A stretch of DNA of 64,000 bases from Octopus bimaculoides. Its lineage: Eukaryota. Below, in pieces: positions 52,700 through 63,667 of this stretch. The stretch covers positions 95,674,614 to 95,738,613 of the forward strand of contig NC_068986.1 in NCBI RefSeq assembly GCF_001194135.2. The letters are read 5' to 3'. The notes beneath the pieces were generated by a model. It was not told the origin of the DNA, ran no database searches, and saw only the letters and a program-made list of their open reading frames with translations. The translations under genes were made by a program, and so were the position numbers. Position 1 is the stretch's first letter. Each line of letters starts with the position of its first letter.

Positions 52700-53172
52700 A
52701 GAGCAAAAAGTAAAGGTAGGAGTATGCATACCATAGGCCACTGTAAGTAGTTGTTCCTGGCAGAATTGATTGATGAAGTGTGTTATAATCCCGAAAAGGT
52801 ATGACGAAAGGAACAACTTCTCGAGTTTCGCGACACACATCGCCCAGAACCCATTGTTCGGGCAGCATTATTTGACCCACCTATTTCAACAATTCTGCCA
52901 GAACCACCAATCTTCATTGGATTGCAGAACAAATCGTCTGCGCAAACATCCCGTAAATAATTTTTATAATCTACTGCTGCAGTAGCACCAATTTCTAGTT
53001 CATCCTTACAGATAAAATCAGATTTCTAAGTGGAAGGGCTCCCCTTTCCAACCACGTGCCTCTTCCAACGGACACCGACTCTCGTCATTCTCTTCTACTA
53101 CATCTCCAGTATACACAGCCATGATGTTGTTCCATTTGCATCCTATGATGATTTTCGCATTTCTTCTCCTCA
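52700..53172 (-). mobile_element. Degenerate Merlin transposase remnant immediately upstream of RAD1
   Basis: YWRCSRR, RGTWLE, AAVDYKNYLRDVC, KIGGSGRIVEIGGS, LPEQWVLGDVCRETRE, ILPGTTTYSGLWYAY: Merlin motif order with frameshifts; 5' part runs into the N-gap. Confidence 0.8.
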
Positions 53173-53860
53173 NNNNNNNNNNNNNNNNNNNNNNNNNNNN
53201 NNNNNNNNNNNNNNNNNNNNNNNNNNNNNNNNNNNNNNNNNNNNNNNNNNNNNNNNNNNNNNNNNNNNNNNNNNNNNNNNNNNNNNNNNNNNNNNNNNNN
53301 NNNNNNNNNNNNNNNNNNNNNNNNNNNNNNNNNNNNNNNNNNNNNNNNNNNNNNNNNNNNNNNNNNNNNNNNNNNNNNNNNNNNNNNNNNNNNNNNNNNN
53401 NNNNNNNNNNNNNNNNNNNNNNNNNNNNNNNNNNNNNNNNNNNNNNNNNNNNNNNNNNNNNNNNNNNNNNNNNNNNNNNNNNNNNNNNNNNNNNNNNNNN
53501 NNNNNNNNNNNNNNNNNNNNNNNNNNNAATGGTATTTTTTTTTCAATGAAATTTTATATGAATACCTTTGAAACGGCATACATTACGACTATAAAGTAAT
53601 TTTGGAGAAAATCTTGAGGTGGGGAGAGGACTTTCGGAAAATTCCCAAGATCCGAATTTTTCCCAACCCTCCCGTTCCTTTGCGCGCATTTTTTTCCCTA
53701 TTAGTTTCCTACACATCGTTTTACACCCCTTTCAGTATTTTTTCGTGGGTGGTGGATATTTTCATTTTCGGGACCAGATGTAAACATTAACCAAAATGGT
53801 TTTTCTAAAGAATGGGTACTCGCATGGTTGTGCTAAAAAAAAAACAATTAATGAAGCGGT

Positions 53861-53874
53861 GTTGCCATGACAAC
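53861..53874. promoter_or_regulatory. RFX X-box-like palindrome GTTGCCATGACAAC, next to an ETS-like ACTTCCG
   Basis: Fits the X-box pattern GTHNYYATRRNAAC; lies in the RAD1-NAA20 divergent interval. Motif only. Confidence 0.4.
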
Positions 53875-54598
53875 AAACTTCCGCTGTCAGACGGTGATTT
53901 AAAATTCATCGGCTAAAAATACGTAACCTTAAATGCTTCTTTTTCATTATAAATTGTCCAAAATAATGAATGCTATATCATCGGCATGGTGCATTTCTAA
54001 AAAATTTCAGATTAAAATTTGTGGTTGGACGAAAACGATCCTTTCAACTGATTAAAATTTTATTTTCGACTCACCACAACAAGTGCACTTTACCAAATGT
54101 ATTTAGACTCAATGTGGTATTAGCCTTTATGATTCAACTACAGGACTTCTCGGCAGCCAAAAAATCCAGCCGTCTAACCCTCGGGCCCTAATTTTAATGG
54201 TCAAAATAAGAATGAACTAACTAGAGCCTAGCTATGGTGTAAACTCCAGCCTGGACAAACAGCAGCCAGCAGATTTTTTGAATTGCACGCCTAACAAAAA
54301 GTTACTTCGAATTTTATTTTCTTGTGCAGCCCGTTTCTCGCAAAAAGTTGCTCGTTGCCTGTTCTACTCGGTCGTTTGATTGGCTAGAAATAGCAGCCAA
54401 AATAGCCTTCGAATCACATCTTACCATTATTTTTTTAAAAAGGGAAGGACATAGTGGATAATGTAATGTGTAATAAATTAGATCTGTAAGGTTATGGTGA
54501 ACATAGTGTAGACTTTATTCCTTATATATTTTCAAACCTAACAATTAACTCGCAACAGGAAGTTGCTGTTTTACTGTCTGAAGTTAAATAAAACCTTA

Positions 54599-54607
54599 AC
54601 TTCCGGT
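54599..54607. promoter_or_regulatory. ETS-family motif ACTTCCGGT near the NAA20 5' end
   Basis: Exact ETS core about 130 bp before the ATG; CAGGAAGT also at about 54556. Confidence 0.35.
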
Positions 54608-54731
54608 AAATGTTTCAGAACTTGTAAATTTTTGTCTTGTCCGGCGGTGTTTTTCTTTACTTTCTTATTTCCCCTCTTTCATTTATCATCAACGTATTTT
54701 TTTGGTTTAATTAATTATTATAAGAATTATA

Positions 54732-55253
54732 ATGACTACTATTCGTCCGTTTACTTGTTCGGATTTATTCAAGTTCAACAACGTCAATTTAGATCCACTT
54801 ACCGAAACATATGGGCTGGCCTTCTATATGCAGTATTTAGCTCAATGGCCCGAGTATTTCCAGGTTGCCGAATCACCATCGGGCGAAATCATGGGTTACA
54901 TCATGGGTAAAGCCGAAGGCAGAGCCGAGAACTGGCACGGACACGTTACAGCTCTGTCCGTTTCGCCCGAACACAGACGTCTCGGACTTGCTGCAAAACT
55001 TATGCATACACTGGAGGAGATTTCCGAACGTAAGAAGTGTTTCTTCGTCGACTTGTTTGTGCGAGTATCGAATAAAGTTGCCGTCGACATGTACAACAAA
55101 CTGGGTTATACAGTCTACAGACGTGTACTGGAATATTACTCTGGACTGGACGACGAGGATGCGTTTGATATGCGGAAAGCTTTATCGAGAGACAAGGACA
55201 AAAAATCTGTGATACCTTTATTGCATCCGGTACGACCGGAGGAATTGGATTGA
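54732..55253 (+). CDS. NAA20: N-alpha-acetyltransferase 20 (NatB catalytic subunit), 173 aa, no intron in CDS
   Basis: MTTIRPFTCSDLFKFNNVNLDPLTETY, WHGHVTALSV, RRLGLA, FVDLFVRVSN, EDAFDMRKALSRD: complete, uninterrupted NAA20 signature. Confidence 0.97.
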   Translation: MTTIRPFTCSDLFKFNNVNLDPLTETYGLAFYMQYLAQWPEYFQVAESPSGEIMGYIMGKAEGRAENWHGHVTALSVSPEHRRLGLAAKLMHTLEEISERKKCFFVDLFVRVSNKVAVDMYNKLGYTVYRRVLEYYSGLDDEDAFDMRKALSRDKDKKSVIPLLHPVRPEELD

Positions 55254-55386
55254 CTATGCAATGCCTTCGTCATGATTAGTGTTCTAGTCATGATTCTCGC
55301 CCTTTTGCCCCTCTTTTACAACCACCCCACCTGACTGCCGAAACCTTAATGCTGTTAATTTATAAATCTGTTGCTATTAATTAGTG

Positions 55387-55619
55387 GGTACTAACTACTA
55401 AAGCAGCACGGTCCCGAACACGCAGTCGCGTGTCCGCGCTAGCCAGTCTTGAGTGGTCGATCCTAACCCCAACGCTATCCGCAACCCTAACCCTAAACAC
55501 GTATTCATTTGCACACGCGGGTTAGGGACAGGGTTAGGGTTAGTGACAGGGTCAGGGCTAGGATCGACCACTCACGACTAGCTAGCGCGGACGTGCGACC
55601 GTGCTGCTTTAGTAGTACC
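55387..55619. mobile_element. Fold-back MITE with telomere-type repeats (family A, copy 2)
   Basis: Homologous to 51333-51557 with the same core CACGTATTCATTTGCACACGC; termini GGTAC...GTACC; 9-bp TSD TAATTAGTG at 55378-55386 and 55620-55628. Confidence 0.9.
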
Positions 55620-55892
55620 TAATTAGTGTTAGAAATTTCCAGGGATGTTACAATTGTATCCCAGTAATCCTTTATATAAATTTCAGAACAAATGTCTTAT
55701 GTAAAATAACAAAAATTCTTGTTATTGATGTTCTTTCTTGTTTTTAATTCCAGGTATGACATGATCGAAGAGATTTAGAATGAAAAGTATTCAAAATCAA
55801 AACCACTCCGTTTTTCTTTTTCAGCTATTGTGTACTCAGAACTACAGTATCCGATTTGCCATTTTCCCTTAAACGGTAGGGGTGGGTTGGAT

Positions 55893-55983
55893 GGCGAAAG
55901 TAAAGAATACGTACACCCGGTGTGTAGGGTTAGGGTTTTTGTGACGCCGAAAACGGGTAGTGTACGTATTCTTCACCTCCGCC
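55893..55983. mobile_element. 91-bp MITE (family B) with central TAGGGTTAGGG
   Basis: Imperfect TIRs of about 28 bp (GGCG..GAATACGTACAC / GTGTACGTATTC..CGCC); 8-bp TSD GGTTGGAT at 55885-55892 and 55984-55991. Confidence 0.75.
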
Positions 55984-58900
55984 GGTTGGATTTGGCTAGT
56001 ATTTCTAGCATATCCACCAACCCAGGAATAGCTGCTATTGTTTAACCGAAGGTCAACTTTAATTAAGTCATAACACAAAGGCTGTAATTTGCTATGATAG
56101 ACACTCATTCCCACGTAAGTTTGGTCGTTAATTTGTTCTAAATTAATTAAAACTTCATTTTGTGAGAGAATGCAATTCATTATGTGTGTTTAAATCCTGT
56201 TACGTAGAAACCGATTTGAATTATTTTTGAATTCTTGGCTAGAAATGTTTATTGTTTTGGGCAAAGTTGTCGAATGTATACGGAAATAGCAGCACCCAGT
56301 AAAAATGGTGGGGACCACAAGCGATATGCTACTTTCGTCCAATTCACATATCACTTTTCTTTTCAGTCATTGGACTGCGGCCATGCTTGGGGCACCGCCA
56401 TGAAGGGTTTTAGTCGAACAGATCGACCTCAGTACTTTTTTGAATTATGAAGGCCTAGTACTTTTTCTATCAGTCACTTACGCCGAACCGCTACGGTTAT
56501 AGTCACGTAAACAACCCCAGACCGGTTGTAAAGCGGTGGCGAGACACACATACGATGGGCTTTTTCAGTATTCGTCGACCAAATTCACTCAGAAGATTTT
56601 GATGAGTCCGAGGATATAGTAGGAGATACTTGCTCAAGGTGTCACGCAATGGGACTGAACTCGGAACAGGTGTTAACTGTGTAGAAAACTAATATGACAA
56701 AAAAATTTGCCCAAACGAACCTGGGGGTGAGGAGACTTTCGGAAAATTCACAAGATCCGATTTTTCTGTCATAACTTTCAGGAAAATGGATATATATTTA
56801 GGGAATCCCACGTTTTTGGTTATGGAGGCTCCAATTCCGAAAAAAAATTTTCAAAAACCGCAATTTCAATTTTCCCTCCCCCTCTTCATTTTTCACTTTT
56901 TCCGTTAACACCCTGCATGCTGTGGGTTTTTTTTTGTTTTTGTTAACGGGTGAAGATCTTTATATTAACCCAAACGTATATTAACCACACAACCACGCCA
57001 ATTACTACTAAAATGAATTGTTTGCTGTTTTATCCTATATTATAGACATAAAACAGCAACCTTAGAATTTTTGCTGGGATTTCACATGAGTAATATAAAT
57101 AATAATTTATGAATCATTGGGGGAGCTAGTGATTACAAAGACTAATTAAACTAACTTAATGACCGTTTTATAAACAACCATGCGTTAGAATTTTTTTTTA
57201 GATACTCACAGGTTACAGCATGTTTCTATATGAGCCCTTCCATCTTGTACCGGAAGTTTTTGTCTACATACATATTCGTTACTTTATTTTATTTTTTCAT
57301 ATTCGCCTGGAAAAGCTAAATCTTGTCCAAATAATAATTATTACATTTATGTATTTGTTTTCCAAGATTCATGATGTGACCATCCCCAAGTATAACGAAA
57401 TAATAATTATTAAACAAAACTGTGCCAAAACAGACAAAAGTTTCATAAAACGAAAATATCTCCGGACAAATTTCAAATCCCCTATTTCCAAGGAAATGTT
57501 GTCATTCTACCTTAACTGTGCCTGTTACTGTGATTAAGGCCCATTTGGTGCAAGTTCTAGGAAGTCTAAATTTTAGCAGTGAATGATCTGTTAGGTTTAC
57601 ACATGTGTGTTCAGACAACTTGCCACCTGTTAACATTTATAATTAAATAATTTAAACAATTCATGATCCCAAAATAATTTCATTTTAGTTGAGGCTTAAT
57701 TTTTAATCTCTATCAATTTATTTCAGTAACTTTCAACTACAAAATGATAGCATGCATACATCCTATTATGTCATATATAGTCTCATATATATGTACATAC
57801 ACACCTGACATCTTGTGCCTTTAGTGGAGTCCATTCTGCTGCAAAACACGTGGGTTAGGTTTCAAGTTTGAGGATATCTTTCTCCTTCCCACCTGATTCA
57901 GTGGTCATGAGCACAGCCTTCATGTAATGCACTTTCACTCATGTAAGGCAGCCATTTTATGTACCTAATTTGAAAGATTGCTTAACTGTCTAAACTTACA
58001 GTAGATACTAACATTTCTCCCCCCCTCCCCTCGCTTTTGAATTTGGCAATATTACTTGATCAAAGACCGGATCCTCAGATTCATTTGTACCACATTGCAG
58101 AGAATATGATCATTTAATGTCCATATTCAATGCTGACATTGAATACCATTTTGATGGTATTCGATGAGCCAGAGAATCAAATTTGAGTTGTATGCTCAGT
58201 AATGATTCCCTGAGCAGACCCTTGGTTGATATTGCTAACAGATGCTGCTTTGCATTCCATTTTGAACTTGAACAATAAAATTACTTGGCTTTGTTTTTTC
58301 TTTTATCTTAAATTTAAAAGCCTCTTATAAATAAGAATTGAAAGGAGCTGACTAAAGTAACAAAGTGTTACATTCAATTTTTGTTTTATTTTCACTTGTA
58401 AGTTATAGTATCTGTATAGTTTACTGTTTTGATTGCAACCAACAAATACTGTAATATCTACAGGTCATAGATTTCTCAAAAACTTATGAGATATCTGAAA
58501 CAACAAACAGAATATAATGTTACATCAAAATAAACAGAGAAAGCACAACTTATTTTGGACCTTCATTAATAAAATAAATACCAATCAAATATAGATTTGA
58601 TTATATCAACTATATCTCTGATTGAATATTTGAGAATTTGTGCTCAAGCTGCAAAACATTCTTTTCAGAGAGATTGACTCTAATGTCACATTCTCCAATT
58701 TAGGCAAAGAAATGTTTTGTCTTGTTATTTACAGTATCATATTATACACTTAAGGAAATGAGGGATTTGACAAACGAGACATGGCTCAGGAAGGAAGTGA
58801 CCATTGGCTTAGCAACCGGAAGTTTTATAGAACTCATCCAGGAATAGAACTTTCATAAATGAAGATTCATCACCACTGTACATGAGCTTGTCTTTTTTTT

Positions 58901-59414
58901 ATTGTCCTACTTAAAGCTACAAATCTTATTCAAACACCCCAAAATTGTACTATTTATCCTCTTCCTAAAATTCACAAGCTCAACAATTCTGGTTTTGTCA
59001 TCATCTCCACTTGCAGTTGTCTCATTAGCTAATTAGGTTACTCCTTGTTGAAACCTATCTGTCCCACATTACCCAGTGTTACCAAAGTCTTTGGTACTCA
59101 GATGCAAAGACATTTTCAGCTCCCTCATCTTAATTAAACATGCGTGACAAATAAGAGGAAATTTTGCACCCACAGATATCTGCCTCCTCGTCCTCCGCCT
59201 TGCTACACATCTGAACGTGCCTTCCTTACCTTAAACATCTTTCAGTACACCCTGACTCTCCAAATTTCATTTCATGTATGTTAAACCCCTTTACATCATC
59301 AGTTTCCGTAATAGTCTCTCAGACCACAAGTTCATTGCAGAAACAAAGGGAGGGGAGATAATTCTGAACAAAAATAAATTTTGAACAGATTACATATTAA
59401 CATATGCATACATA

Positions 59415-60679
59415 CAGGGGTTGGATAAAATAATGGAAACACCTTAAAATTTCAAACAAATTTATTTTAATACGGGGTAGGACCGCCTTTGGCAGTAATT
59501 ACAGCTTGAATCCTACAAGGTATGCATCGTACAAAGTTTGAATTGTTTCCAAAGGAATTTTTGTCTATTCTTCAACTAAAACAATCTCCAGTTCTTGTAG
59601 TGATGATGGTGGAGGATATCGACTCATTACTTGTTTTTCTAAAATGCACCATAAAGGTTCAATAATATTGAGATCTGGGGACTGTGGTGGCCAGATAAGA
59701 TATTCAATTTCACTAGAATGTTCCTCATGCCATTCAGTAACAATTTTAGATGTGTGAATTTGTGCATTTCATCCTGAAAGATTGTTTCCCTCTGGAAACA
59801 GTTCTGCGACCATAAGATGAATTTGATCAGATAAAACGCTTAAATGGTCTTGACTATTAATTCTACCATTAAGGGAAACCATTGGGCCAGCAAATTTCCA
59901 AGATAATGCCTCCCACCTCAATAATCACGGATCCTCCTCCATATTTAACAGTTGGAAGAAGGCAGTCTGTGTCAAATGCTTCTTTTGGATGTCTCCACAT
60001 GTATACTCGGTTGGTGGTCAGAAATAGGGTAAAGGATGACTCATCCGAGAACATTCTTCCACTGCTCTAGGGACCAATTCTGTAAGTTTTTACTCCATTC
60101 TAAATGCTTTGCAACGTTTGTTTTTGAAAGTAGTGGTTTTCTGATTGCGGCCCTCCTATGAAATTCAGCTTTGTGCAGCTCCTGGCTAACAGTTTTTGTG
60201 GAAACTGGGTTCTCGAGGTGGTCATTAAGCTCTGCAGTAATTTTGGGAGCTGTACTTCAGTGATCCTTTCTAACAATTCACGTAAGAGTCCAACAGTCCC
60301 TATTTGAAAGTTTGGGTTTTCTTCCGGAGTTTTGTTTCGACTGGGAGGTTTTTCCCTCTTTCTCAAAGGCTGTCATTACTTTCGAGACAGTACTTCTTGA
60401 TACACCATACATTTCGGCTGTTTTCATTACGCTAGCGCCTACCATATGAACACCAACAATTTGACCTCTTTGAAAGTCTGATAGATCTGGGTTTTAATGA
60501 ATTTTAATTACCTTTCTCTGATGATATGTGAAAAGAAGCCGCAATTTTAGCAAAACATATTAAGCAACACTAATAATAAATCAAAAAACAAAAATAAACA
60601 AGCTCCCAAGCTTTTGACGGTTTTATAGATATTTCAAAATTATGATGCTAGATGTTTCCATTATTTTGTCGAACCCCTG
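59415..60679 (-). mobile_element. Full-length degenerate Tc1-type element
   Basis: TA flanks at 59413-59414 and 60680-60681; 29-bp TIRs CAGGGGTT(G/C)GA(T/C)AAAATAATGGAAACA; fragments SDFQRGQIVG, FSDESSF, PTVKYGGGSV, WPPQSPDLNIIEPLW. Confidence 0.9.
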
Positions 60680-61194
60680 TACATATGTACACACACATTA
60701 AATCAACTAGTATTATTTAAAGAAATAAACAAATATCTCCATTCTATATTAGGCTGAGTACTTCACTTTAGATTGTCTTTCCCCAGTTTTTTAATGTAGG
60801 CATTTATGACTTTGTACATATGTGAATATATGTATATATGTGCATCATCTATGCCAAAATGAGTATATGAGCCATAAAACAAAATACTAAAACTTTCTAC
60901 GATACGGACAAGGCCTGAAATTTTGGGAGAGGAGGCTAGTTGATTACATCAACACAAATGCTTGACTAACACTTATTCTATTGAATCTAGAAGGGTGAAA
61001 GGCAAAGTTAACCTAAGCAGAATTTGAACTCAGAAAATGAAACCAGAAGAAATACTGCAAAACATTTTGCCTGATGTTTCTGTGTAAACTCTGCATTTTA
61101 TCATGTATTGAGTACTTGATTGAACATAATCATTTTCACTTTTTTGATCAAATGAACTTATGATATATATACATTATGTATATATTACTTAAAC

Positions 61195-61225
<31 letters not shown>

Positions 61226-62486
61226 CATACACACACACACACACACATATATATATTTATATATGTATAAATAAATACTAGCTGAATAGCCTGTCATTGC
61301 CAGGCAATTTTTACAATAGAATGTTTTAGATAAATTTTTATTTATTCCTTGTCAGAGCATGCCTTCCTCAACAGATAGGTATCTTGATCAGGACAGATTT
61401 GTGCAATTTTTCGCAAAAAAACTTACTTGAGGATTTTTTCCTTTTTAGATTATTTACATGTCTGTTCAACCATTTCACATGACTTTATTCACTCAAACTT
61501 CAGAAGTTCTTACAACTTTGATAGTCGTAATGCTTTGCTTTTGTTTGTTTAATAGAAATTCCTCCTAATGATTTTGCTTTCATTTAGTGATAGACAGCTA
61601 TCATGCAGAAAATGCCAGCTTCCAAATCCTGTTTTCTGATTAGGTAGAATTGATTAAACTTTAAACCTCAGTAACATTTTTTAGCAATTTTTCTGGAACA
61701 AGTAAATAATGAAATCGGATTTAACGTGGAAAATTATTTCAATATACCAGGTTTGAAAATTTTAATGTAATTTTAAAATCTCACAATATGCGACAGCAAC
61801 AGTGAAGATCCTACAAAAGTAGAGAGACGGACAGTTATAGAATGTCTCTCTCACAAACGTACACACAGGTAATCATGAGTTTAAAATGGTGTATAGTAGA
61901 CATATGTATGTATGTATATATATGTATGTGTGTCTGTCTGTGTGTGAGTGTTTCTTTGCAATGGACAGCAGAAAAGCTACCTACCTCCTCTCCTTAAAGC
62001 TATGTATTCTTCACACCCACTTTTCAGTGTGTGTTGTATCTGTGTATTTACAAAAGTATGTATGCAACGTTGCATGTATATGACAGCTGTATGAATGTTA
62101 TCATCCCATTGCCATTGCTGTTCTCACCTTCACTGATATAAGTCACCCTCTCTCTGCTACTACCTTTCCCTCACACTAATACTTTTTGAAACCTCATTCT
62201 ATCATATAATTTGCCCAATGTCCCCTGGGTGGGGGAGCACATTATAGATTTTTATTGAAATCCAATTAGCCTATTATTGAACTGGATGTTAGTGTAACAT
62301 GTATGCAAGGTTTTGTGAATATTGGTTTGCTGGTTTAAGCACTAAGGTGGTAACAGACAGACAGAAATTGCCTTTTATATATATATGTATATATATATAA
62401 ATGAGTAACAAAGATGTACAGGTGTCAATTCATTATGGCTGTTTCAAGTGAGTCCTTTAATTGATTAATGAAAACATTACATCATT

Positions 62487-62829
62487 TGAAAGAAACAATT
62501 CTTGTCAGATGACTGCATAGACTTCAAATATAAAGGACATAACCATTTCCTTAACATATTCACATCAATAATGGAACTCAAAATATTTACATTGTTTCTT
62601 TTGTCACCACTCTTTTTATCCTGAGCCCCACTATTTCCTCTGCTACTCTCCAAATTATAGTAGACTTAACAAGGTATGCATTATTACTAAACTCATTCTG
62701 CCACAGATATGACACAAGAAATAATGTAAATATTTTGAGTTCAATTGTTGATGTGAATATGTTAAGGAAATGGTTATATCCTTTATATTTGAAGTCAATG
62801 CATTCATCTGATGAGAATGGTTTCTTTCA
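62487..62829. repeat. Inverted duplication, 120-bp arms, 103-bp spacer
   Basis: 62487-62606 is the reverse complement of 62710-62829 (about 90% identity by eye); no TSD seen. Confidence 0.85.
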
Positions 62830-63422
62830 TCATCATCATCATCATCATCCAGTGTTTTAAATCCAGATTTTGTCCCTGTTAACAAGGGTGGCTGGATCTA
62901 CTTCAATGCCATAGCAACTGTGGTAGGCAGGTGCAGCCCACCCCAACCTTTGGGCTGGCTGGTACACATTCTCCTTTGTTATCATGAGGCTTTTTTGGAG
63001 CTGGATTTTCTATGGGGAGCATGCCCTTGTTTACCCCAACCTCAGTTTTTAGACACAAGTGGTCCCGAGACCAAGGCCTCTACCCTGATTTTCAAGAAAT
63101 GTAATGGAAAACTAGTTAAGGAAAACAGGGATGCTACTCCCTGAGACCCCTTTCAGAGCCCCCCTATCTACTTTCAAATGATGTAATGTTTTCATTAATC
63201 AATTAAAGGAGTTGCTTGAAATGGCTGTAATGAATTGACACCTGTACATCTTTGTTAACCATTTATATTTTATTCACATAACTTGGAATCTGTACTTCGG
63301 AAATATTAGCTGGGTTGCGTTGCCTGCCTGTACAGCGTCTTGATATTCAATATTCAATTAATATTGCTTGGGTGTGCAGATGATACCAACCTAGTTGGTA
63401 TCTAATTCAACAGAATCTTAAT

Positions 63423-63466
<44 letters not shown>

Positions 63467-63541
63467 TAACTTGGAAATGGATGTGTGGTGTTCAATTAAA
63501 TAATAAAATAAATAAATATATATATGTGTGTGTGTGTGTGT

Positions 63542-63591
<50 letters not shown>

Positions 63592-63667
63592 GCATATATG
63601 GGCACAGGACGTCAGTAACAGTAAACAACATGAAATACGAAAACCAATGAGTTAAATACGCAAATAA

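Noticed and set aside
53085-53172. FLYWCH/MULE domain from YWRCSRR
   Set aside because: Downstream motifs (IGG.G.IVEI, QWVLG..CRET, ILPGTT) are Merlin-type.
51333-55619. Composite transposon capturing RAD1 exon 1 and NAA20 between the two family A MITEs
   Set aside because: Each MITE has its own distinct TSD, so they are independent insertions.
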